DNA from: an uncultured delta proteobacterium
GTDB lineage: Bacteria; Desulfobacterota; Binatia; UBA9968
Assembly: GCA_963816145.1 (NCBI GenBank)
Contig: CAWFJP010000003.1
Span: 768,001 to 832,000, forward strand
DNA length: 64,000 nucleotides
Reading direction: 5' to 3'
The position numbers and the translations under genes were made by a program. Under the pieces are notes generated by a model. It worked only from the letters and a program-made list of their open reading frames with translations. It was not told the DNA's origin and did not search any database. Below are positions 50,050 to 60,755 of this stretch, in pieces (the stretch's first letter is position 1; each line of letters opens with the position of its first letter).

Positions 50050-51033
50050 TCAGCGAATCACCCGATCCGCCCGCACCAGGACGTTCGGCGGGATCGTCAG
50101 TCCGATCTGCTTGGCAGCTTTCAAATTGACGATGAAGTCGAATTTTTTCGGTTGCTCGACCGGAAGATCGGCTGGTGCCCTGCCTTTTAGAATTTTATCG
50201 ATATACGTCGCCGCGCGCCGGTATAAGTCAGTAAAACTCGCGCCATAGGTCATAAGACCACCGACTTCGACAAATCCGAGTTCGTTGTAGATCGCTGGCA
50301 ACCGGCTCTTTGCCGCCAAGTCGACGACCCGTTTCCGCTGTGAGTTAAGCACGGGCCCGCCCATCAGCAGCGCCGCGTCAGCGTGTCTCTTGGTCGCGGC
50401 TTGAAATGCAGCTTCGAAATCTTTGGCATCCCTTACATTCACGGTTTGAATCTGCACCTTGAGCGCCCGGCCGGCGAGCTCCGTCTCTGTCAATTGTTGC
50501 GCGTAGCCCGGATTGGCTGGTTCTCCGAGCACGGCGACCCGCGCAAGCGTAGGCACGACATCTTTCAAAAGTTCCAATTGTTTGCCGGTAATTTCTGGAG
50601 CCAGCACGGATAAACCGGTCACATTACCTTCGGGCCGCGCTAGGCTGGCGATAAAGCCATTTCCGACTGGATCAGTATCCTGCGCCATCACGATTGGAAT
50701 AGTTTTTGTCGCCTGCTGTGCGAGACGGGTTACCGTCGGTCCCGCCGATATCAAGATGTCGACCTGGAGATGTATCAGTTCCGCGATCAGCGCTGGAAGC
50801 CGATCCATTCGCCCGTCTGCGGAGCGCCACTCAAACGCAATATTCTTTCCTTCTATGTAACCAAGTTCGCGCAGCCCTTGGCGCAACGCTTCGATGCGGA
50901 CGGAGTTTTCGGCGAGTGACGGACCAATCACGTACCCAATGCGAGGAATTTTTGTCGGCCGTTGCGCCTTGGCCAAAGGGGCTGCCGCTAGCATGACAGT
51001 CATCAGCAAACCGATGACAATTTTCTTGGCCAT
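50050..51033 (-). CDS. ABC_sub_bind family binding protein (array)
   Basis: MAKKIVIG leader; family motifs. Confidence 0.9.
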   Translation of the reverse strand: MAKKIVIGLLMTVMLAAAPLAKAQRPTKIPRIGYVIGPSLAENSVRIEALRQGLRELGYIEGKNIAFEWRSADGRMDRLPALIAELIHLQVDILISAGPTVTRLAQQATKTIPIVMAQDTDPVGNGFIASLARPEGNVTGLSVLAPEITGKQLELLKDVVPTLARVAVLGEPANPGYAQQLTETELAGRALKVQIQTVNVRDAKDFEAAFQAATKRHADAALLMGGPVLNSQRKRVVDLAAKSRLPAIYNELGFVEVGGLMTYGASFTDLYRRAATYIDKILKGRAPADLPVEQPKKFDFIVNLKAAKQIGLTIPPNVLVRADRVIR

Positions 51034-51080
51034 GGTTTTCTCGCTTACTATTGCCTGTTGCCTCATGCCTCACGCCTGAT

Positions 51081-52064
51081 TCAGCGAATCACCCGATCCG
51101 CCCGCGCCAGCACGTTTGGCGGGATTGTCAGGCCGATCTGCTTCGCCGCTTTCAGATTAATGACGAACTCGAACTTCATCGGCTGCTCGACAGGAAGATC
51201 AGTGGGCTTTCGACCCTTCAAAATCTTGTCGACATAGGTGGCAGCGCGCCGGTACAGGTCTGCGAAATTGACCCCGTAGGCCATCAATCCGCCGTCCTCG
51301 ACAAATTGCCTTGTATTATACATTGCCGGCAGATGCAGCTTAGTAGCGAGTTCGGAAATCGTTTTTGAATTTCGAGTCATTACCGGACCCGCGGTGATAA
51401 GAAGCGCCTGGGCGCGATTTTTTTTTAAATCGTCGAAGGCGCGGTCGATATCTGCGGCACTCTTGATCTCGTAAGGCCGAATTTGGTTTCGTAGCGCCTT
51501 GGCCGCGGTCTTTACCTCCTCATTCATAACACTTGCAAGTCGGTCAACGTCTATATTCCACAGCACCGCAACTAAGCTGATCCTGGGGACCGCCTCATTC
51601 AGCAGCTCCAACTGCTTGCCCCACAAACCGGGACCCGCGCTGTTTGAGAGGCCGGTCACGTTGCCGCTTGGCCGCGCCAGGCTTTTGACCAGACCTGCAC
51701 TAATAGGATCGCCGATGCCCACCCCGACAATTGGAATCGTGCTAGTTACCTGGGCCGCGGCGCGACTGGCTCGAAGGGTTGTCGTAAGTATAACGTCAAC
51801 ATTTAGCCCGACGAGTTCCCCCGCAAGCGTCGGCAGCGCGTCAGGCTTTCCTTCGGCATAGCGGTACTCGATACTGATGTTCTTGCCCTCGACGTAACCC
51901 AGATCACGCAGCCCCTGGCGGAATGCTTCCAAGTGGGGTTGATCTTTCGAACCCACAAAGAGAAATCCTATGCGCGGAATTTTCTTCGCTTGCTGCGCCT
52001 GAGTAGGGGCACTTGTCGCTAGAAAGAGAAATGCTAGTAGTAACCAAAGAAATTTTCTCATCAT
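51081..52064 (-). CDS. ABC_sub_bind family binding protein (array)
   Basis: Family motifs. Confidence 0.9.
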   Translation of the reverse strand: MMRKFLWLLLAFLFLATSAPTQAQQAKKIPRIGFLFVGSKDQPHLEAFRQGLRDLGYVEGKNISIEYRYAEGKPDALPTLAGELVGLNVDVILTTTLRASRAAAQVTSTIPIVGVGIGDPISAGLVKSLARPSGNVTGLSNSAGPGLWGKQLELLNEAVPRISLVAVLWNIDVDRLASVMNEEVKTAAKALRNQIRPYEIKSAADIDRAFDDLKKNRAQALLITAGPVMTRNSKTISELATKLHLPAMYNTRQFVEDGGLMAYGVNFADLYRRAATYVDKILKGRKPTDLPVEQPMKFEFVINLKAAKQIGLTIPPNVLARADRVIR

Positions 52065-52112
52065 AAAGTTTGCTCTCGAAGTTTAACTCACGCCTACCGC
52101 CTCGCGCCTTGC

Positions 52113-53094
52113 CTATCGAATCACCCGATCCGCCCGCGCCAGCACATTGGGCGGGATCTTCAGGTCCGATCTGTTTCGCCGCTTTGAGGTTGACGATGAA
52201 CTCGAACTTCTTAGGTTGCTCTACCGGTAGGTCACCGGGCTTGGCGCCTTTTAGAATTTTGGCGACGTATGTGGCAGCGCGGCGGAACAAATCGGTGAAG
52301 CTCACGCTGTATGTGATGAGTCCGCCGTCTTCCACCCACTCTGGCGCGTAATATATTGCTGGGAGCCGGTCCTTTACTGCAAGTTCGATAACCCGTGTTC
52401 GATAAGCATTGATAACAGGCCCGCCCAGGAAAAGCACTGCGTCAGCTCGCGCCTTGCTTGCAGCTCTGAAGGCAGTCTCGATATATTTAGGATCATGCAC
52501 GTCAAGATATTGAACCTGCACCCCAAACGCGCCAGATGCCAGCTCAATCTCTTTTAACGATTGCGCGTTGCCCGGTTCCTTTGAACTCCCCACAACGGCC
52601 ACGCGCTTGAACTTAGGAATAATCTCTTTCAAAAGTTCCAATCGTTTTCCGCTCAGCTCCGGCGCTAACGTGGACAATCCAGTGATATTCCCCCCGGGCC
52701 GCGCCAGGCTTGAGATGAATTCATTGCCAACAGGATCGGGATCCTGAGCCATGACAATGGGGATCGTACTGGTTGCTTCCTTGAGGGGACGGGTTGATGC
52801 CGGACCGCCTGTGACAATGACGTCCACCTTGGACTGCACCAGATCGGCCGCGAGCGCTGGAAGTCGATCGAGTTTCCCGCCTGAATCACGCCAGTCAATA
52901 AAAATGTTTTTCCCCTCCACATAGCCAAGTTCTCGCAGACCCTGTCGCAATGCCTCAATCCGAGCGACATTAGCGGACAGGGAGCCGCCTAGATATCCTA
53001 GCCGGGGAACTTTCGCCGGCTGCTGCGCCTGCGCGGCCGCGCTAAGCGCCAAGAGCAAAGCGCTAAGCGTAAGAAGAATGACATTGCTTCTCAT
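52113..53094 (-). pseudogene. ABC_sub_bind family binding protein, MRSNV leader, +1 frameshift near the 3' end (about 52165)
   Basis: KQIG|LKIPPNVLARADRVIR* continues in the shifted frame. Confidence 0.8.
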
Positions 53095-53244
53095 ATGTTT
53101 TCTCCAGTTTCGTGAACTTGTCTCTTTCCCCTTTGACTTTGCGGTTTGACCTTGAGTCCAAAACTCGTGGCAAATACGGGCCACCCGTCGCAAATACGAA
53201 AAAACTCCGAGTCGCCTTACCCCTGACCCCTTACCCTTCACGCC

Positions 53245-54228
53245 TTACCGTATTACTTTGTCCGCCCGCACCAGGACGTTCGGTGGAATAGTCAGGTCGA
53301 TCTGCTTGGCAGCTTTTAGATTGAAGATGAGCTCGAACTTAATCGGCTGCTCGACTGGCAAATCAGCGGGCTTTGCTCCTTTCAAAATCTTGTCCACATA
53401 CGTAGCGGCACGCCGGGCCAAATCGTTGGAGTTGGCGTCATAGCTCATAAGTCCGCCGTCCTCGACGTATTCGTTTGTCGGGTAGGTTGCTGGAAGCCGG
53501 TGCTTTGCTGCCAGTCGGACGAACTGTAGCCGCTGGGAATTCAGCACAGGACCGCGCAATACGTAGACTGCCTCAGCGTGTCCGTTGCCGGCGGCTTGAA
53601 ATGCTCTCTCGATATCTTTGGGCCCAAGTATGTCAAGGTATTGAACCTTCAACCCGAGCGCGGTGGCAGCAACCTCAGTCTCTTTATGCGACTGTGCATT
53701 ACCTTGGTTGCTTGAAGTGCCGAAGAGCGCCACGCGGGAAAGCTTAGGCAGTATTTCTTTGAGCAACTCCAGTCTCTTTCCAGATAGGTCGGTCGTCAGC
53801 GAGGATAATCCGGTGATATTCCCTCCCGAGCGCGCAAGACTGGTCACGAAGCCGTTGCCAATGGGGTCGGGATCTTGTGCCATGACAATCGGAATCGTCG
53901 AAGTTGCTTGCTTGGCGGCGCGTGTCGTTGTCGGCCCATGCGATAGGATGATGTCGACCTTGAGGCGCACGATCTCGGCCATGAGCGCAGGCAGCCGATC
54001 GAATTTCCCATCAGCAGATCGATATTCAATGACAATGTTTTTGCCCTCGACGTAACCAAGCTCGCGCAGTCCTTGAAGGAAGGCCTCGTGACGGGATGCA
54101 ATCGCGGAAAGTGGTTGAGCCGTGACGATGCCGATTCGCGGGGTTTTCGTCGCAGGCTGCGCGTGGGCAAACCCGGCAGTAATTACCAAGACCGTTGTCA
54201 GCACACCGAGAACCATTTTCTTAGTCAT
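53245..54228 (-). CDS. ABC_sub_bind family binding protein (array)
   Basis: MTKKMVLG leader; family motifs. Confidence 0.9.
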   Translation of the reverse strand: MTKKMVLGVLTTVLVITAGFAHAQPATKTPRIGIVTAQPLSAIASRHEAFLQGLRELGYVEGKNIVIEYRSADGKFDRLPALMAEIVRLKVDIILSHGPTTTRAAKQATSTIPIVMAQDPDPIGNGFVTSLARSGGNITGLSSLTTDLSGKRLELLKEILPKLSRVALFGTSSNQGNAQSHKETEVAATALGLKVQYLDILGPKDIERAFQAAGNGHAEAVYVLRGPVLNSQRLQFVRLAAKHRLPATYPTNEYVEDGGLMSYDANSNDLARRAATYVDKILKGAKPADLPVEQPIKFELIFNLKAAKQIDLTIPPNVLVRADKVIR

Positions 54229-54270
54229 GGTTTTCTCCCCTACTATCGCCTGTTGCCTAATGCCTATCGC

Positions 54271-55254
54271 CTACCTAATCACCCGATCCGCCCGCGCCAA
54301 TACATTGGGCGGGATCGTCAAGCCGATCTGCTTGGCTGCCTTCAAATTGACGTCGAATTCGAACTTCTTGGGTTGCTCTACGGGGAGATCGGCGGGCCTG
54401 GTACCTTTCAAGATTTTGTCCACGTACGTGGCGGCGCGCTGAAAAATATCGGTAAAGCTGGCGCCGTAATACATGAGGCCACCGGCGTCAATATACTCTG
54501 GCTGCGCGTACACCCCGGGCATACGGTTCTTTACCGCGAGGTCGACAATCTGTGTGCGGTGAAGATTGAGCACAGGACTACCGAGCACGACGATCGCGTC
54601 GGCACGCGCCTTGCTCGCGGCTGCAAATCCCGTCTCGATGTCCTTTGGCTTTTGTATGTCCAGGTACTGAATCTGCATTTTGAACGCTGCCGCGGCGAGT
54701 TCGATCTCTTGTAGCGATAGTGACGTGCCTGAACGGGTCGAACGACCGAAGACAGCGACGCGGGATAGTCGGGGAAATATCTCTTTTAGAATCCCGAGTC
54801 GTTTACCGCTTATTTCCGCGGCAGGAGTGGACAATCCGGTAATGTTGCCGCCCGGTCGCGCCAGGCTGGCGACAAAGCCTGCGCCGACAGGGTCATCATC
54901 AAACCCCATGACAATTGGAATCGTCGAAGTTGCTTCCTTGGCGGGACGGGTTGCCGTCGGACCGCCCGATACAATGATGTCGACATCGAGCTGTACGAGT
55001 TCGGTCGCAAGCTGCTTCAAGCGATCTAGGTCGCCATTGGCAAATCGATATTCAACGACAATGTTTTTCCCCTCCACGTAGCCAAGCTCGCGCAGGCCCT
55101 GACGAAACGCTTCGACGCGGGATGCGGCAGAGGTGGCCGAAGAAGCACTTAGGTATCCTATCCGCGGGATTTTCCCTGGCTGCTGCGCCTGGGTAAACGG
55201 AGCAGCCGTATGCAAAATAATTGTCAGTAACCCGAGAACAATTTTCTTGGTCAT
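54271..55254 (-). CDS. ABC_sub_bind family binding protein (array)
   Basis: MTKKIVLG leader; family motifs. Confidence 0.9.
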   Translation of the reverse strand: MTKKIVLGLLTIILHTAAPFTQAQQPGKIPRIGYLSASSATSAASRVEAFRQGLRELGYVEGKNIVVEYRFANGDLDRLKQLATELVQLDVDIIVSGGPTATRPAKEATSTIPIVMGFDDDPVGAGFVASLARPGGNITGLSTPAAEISGKRLGILKEIFPRLSRVAVFGRSTRSGTSLSLQEIELAAAAFKMQIQYLDIQKPKDIETGFAAASKARADAIVVLGSPVLNLHRTQIVDLAVKNRMPGVYAQPEYIDAGGLMYYGASFTDIFQRAATYVDKILKGTRPADLPVEQPKKFEFDVNLKAAKQIGLTIPPNVLARADRVIR

Positions 55255-55296
55255 GGTTTCCTCTCTTACTATTGCCTGTTGCCTAATGCCTCTTGC

Positions 55297-56295
55297 CTAC
55301 CTGATCACCCGTTCCGCCCGCACCAACACGTTCGGCGGCACTGTAAGACCGATCTGCTTCGCAGCTTTTAAGTTGACGATAAACTCGAACTTCTTTGGCT
55401 GCTCTACCGGCAAATCTGCGGGTTTGCGGCCTTTCAATATCTTGTCCACGTACGTTGCCGCGCGCCGGTATAGATCGGGACTGCTCACGCCGTAGCTCAT
55501 GAGTCCGCCAGCCTCCACATATTCCAATCTTTCATACATCGCTGGAATCCGGCTCTTTGCCACGAACTCGGCAATGCTTGTTCTGCGCGCCGAAAGGATG
55601 GGGTTGTTGAGAGCCAGAATCCCGTCCGCCCTCCCCTTGCTGCTGGCTGAGATTGCCGTCGCGATACCCTTAGTATCGGTCACGTCTTCGTATTGGACCT
55701 GCACGCCATACGCCCCAGCCGCTAGTTCGGTTTCTTTTAACGCTTGTGCGTTGCCTGGCACGGTCAAATTGCCGAGGACAACCACACGGGCAAGCTTCGG
55801 CACGACCTCTTTGAGAAGCTCGAGTCGTTTTCCGCTCAACTCCGAGGACAGGGTCGATAACCCAGTGATGTTGCCGCCTGGTCGCGCTAAACTGGCAATG
55901 AAACCGTTGCCAACCGGATCGCTATCCTGCGCCATGATAATCGGCATTGCCGCCGCAGCGCCTTTGGCGGCGCGGGTTGCCGGCGAACCGGCGGTGACGA
56001 TGACGTCGACCTTAAGTCGTATTAACTCGGCCGCCAGCGCTGGGAGGCGTGCAAATTGTTCCTCCGCGTAGCGAGATTCGATAACGATGCTTTTCCCCTC
56101 GATGTAACCAAGCTCGCGCAGACCTTGCCGGAAGGCTTCTATGCGGTCCGATAATGCGGCAGGGGTGACGGCTGCGAGAAATCCGATCCGTGGAATCTTT
56201 TTTTGGTCCTGGGCTTGGACGCCAGTAGAAGTTGCCAGGACGACAATGATCAGTAACCAGACAAGAAGCGATTTCATCGTGGAATTGTCTCCCAT
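55297..56295 (-). CDS. ABC_sub_bind family binding protein (array; start 56295 or 56277)
   Basis: Family motifs. Confidence 0.9.
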   Translation of the reverse strand: MGDNSTMKSLLVWLLIIVVLATSTGVQAQDQKKIPRIGFLAAVTPAALSDRIEAFRQGLRELGYIEGKSIVIESRYAEEQFARLPALAAELIRLKVDVIVTAGSPATRAAKGAAAAMPIIMAQDSDPVGNGFIASLARPGGNITGLSTLSSELSGKRLELLKEVVPKLARVVVLGNLTVPGNAQALKETELAAGAYGVQVQYEDVTDTKGIATAISASSKGRADGILALNNPILSARRTSIAEFVAKSRIPAMYERLEYVEAGGLMSYGVSSPDLYRRAATYVDKILKGRKPADLPVEQPKKFEFIVNLKAAKQIGLTVPPNVLVRAERVIR

Positions 56296-56326
56296 GATTC
56301 TTCTGACAATTGATCGCTGCCCTCTG

Positions 56327-57313
56327 TCATCGAATCACCCGATCCGCCCGAGCCAGCACATTGGGCGGGATCGTCAAACCGATTTGCTTAGCGGTCTTCA
56401 GATTTACCACGAACTCAAACTTGGTGGGTTGTTCCACCGGCAGTTCAGCGGGCTTGGCGCCCTTGAGAATTTTGTCAACATAGATCGCCGCGCGCCGCAT
56501 ATTGTTATTGAAATCCGGTCCCCAGGACAGGAGTCCGCCCGCCTCGACGTAGGTTCGGTCCGGATAAGAGCTCGGCAAGCGATTTTTGAGCGCCAGAGCG
56601 GCGATCTGCGGCCGCTGATCCGCACTGACCCCGTCGCTGAACAAGAACATACCGCCCACATGCTGCGCGGCCATGGTTTTGAATGCGTTCTCAAAGTCGC
56701 CGGTCTCTCGGAATGGGACGGGGATGAGCGTCACTTTCAAATGGCGCGCCGGCCCTTCCAAGTTCTTCAGGTAGAGTTGGTGAGCGGCATTAGCGCTGTT
56801 AAAGAGCACCGCGACCCGCGACAGCTTGCTCAACGACTCTTTCATCAACTCCAGACGCTTGCCGAAATTTTCCTCGCCGGTGTCCATGCTCAATCCGGTG
56901 ATGTTGCCACCTGGACGCGCCAGGCTGGCGACCAAGCCCGTGCCGATCGGGTCGTTGCCGGCGGTCATGACAATCGGGATAGTTGACGTCGCTTGCTTCG
57001 CTGCCACAATCCCCGGGTTAACTCCGGTGACAATCACATCGACGTTGAGCCGAACGAGATCCGCAGCCAGGCCAGGAAGGCTTTCAGCTTTTCCGTCGGC
57101 GAATCGGTATTCGATTGAGAGGTTCTTGCCCTCTTCATAACCATGTTCGCGCATCCCCTGCTTGAACATATCGAGACGGCTCTGACCCTGCTCCAGCCGT
57201 GTCGGCCACAGATAGCCGATGCGGTAGATTTTGGCCGGTTGCTGCGCGTCGGCGAAGGAAATAGTTGTCAGAATTACAGTTGCCAGTACCCAAACGGATA
57301 ATTTCTTGATCAT
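56327..57313 (-). CDS. ABC_sub_bind family binding protein (array)
   Basis: Family motifs. Confidence 0.9.
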   Translation of the reverse strand: MIKKLSVWVLATVILTTISFADAQQPAKIYRIGYLWPTRLEQGQSRLDMFKQGMREHGYEEGKNLSIEYRFADGKAESLPGLAADLVRLNVDVIVTGVNPGIVAAKQATSTIPIVMTAGNDPIGTGLVASLARPGGNITGLSMDTGEENFGKRLELMKESLSKLSRVAVLFNSANAAHQLYLKNLEGPARHLKVTLIPVPFRETGDFENAFKTMAAQHVGGMFLFSDGVSADQRPQIAALALKNRLPSSYPDRTYVEAGGLLSWGPDFNNNMRRAAIYVDKILKGAKPAELPVEQPTKFEFVVNLKTAKQIGLTIPPNVLARADRVIR

Positions 57314-57363
57314 GATTTTCCCTTCATACGCTCTTGTCTATTGCCTCGTGTCTTTTGCCTTCT

Positions 57364-58344
57364 TCAGCGAATCACCCGATCCGCCCGCGCCAATACATTC
57401 GGCGGAATCGTCAGGCCGATCTGCTTGGCGGCTTTGAGATTTATGACGAAGTCGAACTTCATCGGTTGTTCCACCGGCAGATCCGCGGGTTTGCGGCCTT
57501 TCAAAATTTTATCGACGTAGGTCGCCGCGCGGTGCCAGTGACCGAGGCTGTCCGGCGCATAACTCATGAGGCCTCCCGCATCGACCCATGCAGACGATAT
57601 ATACATCGCTGGCAACTTTTTTTGGGTTGCCAAGTCGATGATCCGTGCTCGGAACGTACCGAACCCTGGAATCGGGGTGGTAGTTAGAGCCTGAGCGCCC
57701 GCGCTTTTTGCTGTATCGAAGGCGCTCTCAAGATCGTCAACGCCTTTGACACCCATCGAATGAAGCCGTAGTCCCAATGATTTGGCCACGGCCTCGGCCT
57801 CGTTGAAACGCCGGCCAGAACCGCTCGCGTTGCTCCACAGAAACGCCACTCGCGTAACTTTAGGAAATGCTTCTTTGAGTAGCTCGAGACGCTTGCCGTT
57901 CAACTCTGGGGCGAGCAGCACCAACCCCGTGACGTTCCCGCCGGGCTTAGCCAAGCTGGACACGATCCCGCCACCGACTGGATCGGAAGCCGTCGCGAAT
58001 ACAATGGGGATTGTTTTGGTCGCATTTTGGGCGGCCCGAATAGCGGGGCCGGAGGTGGTGACAATGACATCGACTTTGCGACGGACCAAATCGTCCGCAA
58101 GTCCAGGGAGAGCATCAAGTACTCCTTGTGCATACCGGTACTCGATAACGATGTTCTTTCCTTCAACGTAGCCCAACTCGCGCAGCCCTTGCCGGAAAGA
58201 ATCAAAATCCCTCGCGTAGCCGCTCTGCATCCCAGGAACCAACAAACCGATCAGCGGCGTTTTCGCAGGCTGCTGTGCCGCGGCGGAACGGCTAAGCGCC
58301 AAGAGCAAAGAGCAAAGGGTAAGGAAGATTAGTTTTATCTTCAT
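57364..58344 (-). CDS. ABC_sub_bind family binding protein (array)
   Basis: MKIKLIFLTLCSLLLALS leader; family motifs. Confidence 0.9.
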   Translation of the reverse strand: MKIKLIFLTLCSLLLALSRSAAAQQPAKTPLIGLLVPGMQSGYARDFDSFRQGLRELGYVEGKNIVIEYRYAQGVLDALPGLADDLVRRKVDVIVTTSGPAIRAAQNATKTIPIVFATASDPVGGGIVSSLAKPGGNVTGLVLLAPELNGKRLELLKEAFPKVTRVAFLWSNASGSGRRFNEAEAVAKSLGLRLHSMGVKGVDDLESAFDTAKSAGAQALTTTPIPGFGTFRARIIDLATQKKLPAMYISSAWVDAGGLMSYAPDSLGHWHRAATYVDKILKGRKPADLPVEQPMKFDFVINLKAAKQIGLTIPPNVLARADRVIR

Positions 58345-58384
58345 GGCGTATCCATTAGCTCTCTCCACTCGACACTCGTCCCTC

Positions 58385-59368
58385 TCACTTGATGACTTTG
58401 TCGGCCCGATACAGCACCGACTGCGGGATCGTGATACCGATCTGCTTAGCCGCCTGGAGATTAATGACCAGCTCGAATTTCATCGGCCGCTCCACTGGAA
58501 GGTCAGCGGGCTGGCGCCCCTTTAGGATCTTATCCACATACGTCGCGGCCCGCTTGTGCATATCAGCGTAATTGGGACCATAGGACATCAAGCCGCCGGC
58601 CTCGACCAGTTCCAGGTACGCGTACACACCCGGTAAGTGGTGTTTGACGGCAAACTCCATGATGCGCGTGCGGTTATGCAGAAAGACACGATCCGCCAAC
58701 ACCAGCAGCGCCCTCGGTCGCTGTTTGAGGATCTGCCCGAACGCATGATCGAACTGCTCCTGCGCTGGCACGTCGAGGTACAGTACTTTCATGTGCAACG
58801 CCGCGGCGGCGAGCTCCACCTGTTTCTTTTCGATCACATGAAACGCATTTTTCGAATTCCACATCACGGCGATGTGGGAGAGCTTGGGAATTACTTCCTT
58901 AAGTAACTCGATGCGTTTACCCTCCAGTTCCGGTGAGATCGAAGTCAAACCGGTGATATTCCCGCCGGGCCGGGCCAAGGAAGCGACGATGCCGTTGCCA
59001 ACGGGATCGCCGACGGCGACCATGACGAGAGGGATCGACGTCTTGGCGTTCTGGTACGCCTGGGTGGCGGGTGTGCCGGCAGTAACCACCACATCGACCT
59101 TGAGAGCGATCAACTCGTCGATGAGCGCGGGAAAGCGCTCATAGTTTCCTTCGGCCCAACGATACTCGATCAAGATATTTTTCCCCTCGACGTAGCCGAG
59201 GGCGTGCAACCCCTCGCGAAAAGCGCCGATCAGATTTGCCTCAAGGGCAGCAGTGGAGTTTCCCAAGAAGCCTACCCGAGGAATTCTTTCAATGTGTTGC
59301 GCCTCGGCAAATGAACCAGTAGCCAGAAGGGCAGTAATCAGTAAGCAGACAAGCGTCTTTTGGGTCAT
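58385..59368 (-). CDS. ABC_sub_bind family binding protein (array)
   Basis: RBS AGGAGG; family motifs. Confidence 0.9.
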   Translation of the reverse strand: MTQKTLVCLLITALLATGSFAEAQHIERIPRVGFLGNSTAALEANLIGAFREGLHALGYVEGKNILIEYRWAEGNYERFPALIDELIALKVDVVVTAGTPATQAYQNAKTSIPLVMVAVGDPVGNGIVASLARPGGNITGLTSISPELEGKRIELLKEVIPKLSHIAVMWNSKNAFHVIEKKQVELAAAALHMKVLYLDVPAQEQFDHAFGQILKQRPRALLVLADRVFLHNRTRIMEFAVKHHLPGVYAYLELVEAGGLMSYGPNYADMHKRAATYVDKILKGRQPADLPVERPMKFELVINLQAAKQIGITIPQSVLYRADKVIK

Positions 59369-59425
59369 TGGATCGGCTCCTCCTTTGCTGTTGACTGTTT
59401 ACTGCTTATTGTTTGCCGCTCACTG

Positions 59426-60690
59426 TCATCTAATGACTCTATCTGCCCGCGCCAGCACAGTCGGCGGGATCGTCAGACCGATTTGCTTGGCGGTTCTGAG
59501 ATTGACGACCAATTCAAACTTGACGGCTGTTGGACAGGCAGTTCGCCCGGTTTTGTTCCCTTCAAGACCTTGTCCACATAACCCGCAGCGCGCCGGAACA
59601 TGTCGGGAAAACTCGGGCCGTAGGACATCAGCCCACCCGCGCCCGTTACCCAATCGGATTGATTGTTGACTGTGGGTAGCCGATGTTTCACGGCGAGATC
59701 CGACAAACGATTTCTGTGGGCATAGAGAAACGCCGACGGCAATAGGATCATAGCGTCAGCGCGCTGTTTGGCTGCCACTTCGAACGCAGCGGCGAAATCG
59801 GCTGGGCCGCCGACTTTCAGTACCTGCAGGTTGAGTTTTAACGAACGGGCCGCATCCTCGGTAGATTTCAACTGGCCGATGTCATTTGCCGGGTCCACAA
59901 GAGCGGCGACGCGGCTCATTCGCGGCAAGATTTCTTTTAACAGCTCCATCCATTTGCCTGGCAGCTCATCGGCTTGACTGGCAAATCCAGTTAGGTTGCC
60001 TCCGGGCCGCGCGAGACTTTCCACAAGACCAGAGTCCACAGGGTTGACGACAGCGGGCATAACGATCGGGATCGAGCTGGTCGCCTTCTTCGCCGCCAAG
60101 ATCGGGCCCGGACCTGCGGCGACGATGACATCGACGGAAAGCCGAACGAGATCCGCGACCAAATCTGGCAGGCGTTCGTTTTTTCCCTCGGCCCAACGGT
60201 ACTCGAGAGTCATGACCTCCGGCAAAGCCGGAGGCTTGGCGTTTGCTGGCCCCTCAAAGGGGCCCTTTCGCAAACGGCAAAGATAAGATTTTGCGAACAT
60301 CGATTCTGAAATGTCATTTCCTCTGGCTATTGCCGATGACTTCAAAGCGCCTTCGTTGCGAAATGACTTGTTCACGCTATTCGCTGTTTTACCACCTACG
60401 CAAAAGTCAAACTTTGGGTGTCCCCCGGCAAAGCCGGGGGTTTACCAACGATTAATTATGTTTTTCCCCTGGACATATCCGAGATCTTGCAACCCCTGCA
60501 CGAACGCATCCACCAAGGGATCGGGAGGCGATCCTGTGCGCAAAATACCGACGCGCGCAATCTTCGCCGGCTGTGCCCACACAGCCCCATATATTGCAAA
60601 TACGATAATAAAGCTGACAACCCACGCCCTTTTGAGTTTTATACTATCGGACGAAGAATTTAGGAATCGACCTAAACGCGGAGTATTCAT
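59426..60690 (-). pseudogene. ABC_sub_bind family binding protein interrupted by an IS200-like miniature element, plus a -1 frameshift near 59522
   Basis: GYVQGKNII | 246-bp insert | LEYRWAEGK; PVQQP|KFELVVNL. Confidence 0.85.
60208..60453 (-). mobile_element. Non-autonomous IS200/IS605-type miniature element (PATE-like), 246 bp
   Basis: Subterminal hairpins GTAAACCCCCGGCTTTGCCGGGGG and GCCTCCGGCTTTGCCGGAGG plus GGCCCCTTTGAGGGGCC; no TSD; exact removal restores the reading frame. Confidence 0.8.
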
Positions 60691-60755
60691 GCATTTCTCC
60701 CCAGTCCAAAATCGCAAATCCAAAATCGTTTCGTCTAGGCCCTTACCTTTCACCC

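Noticed and set aside
51904-53241. 445-aa ORF as an extended binding protein
   Set aside because: The N-extension reads through spacer DNA and the C-extension results from a frameshift near 52165.
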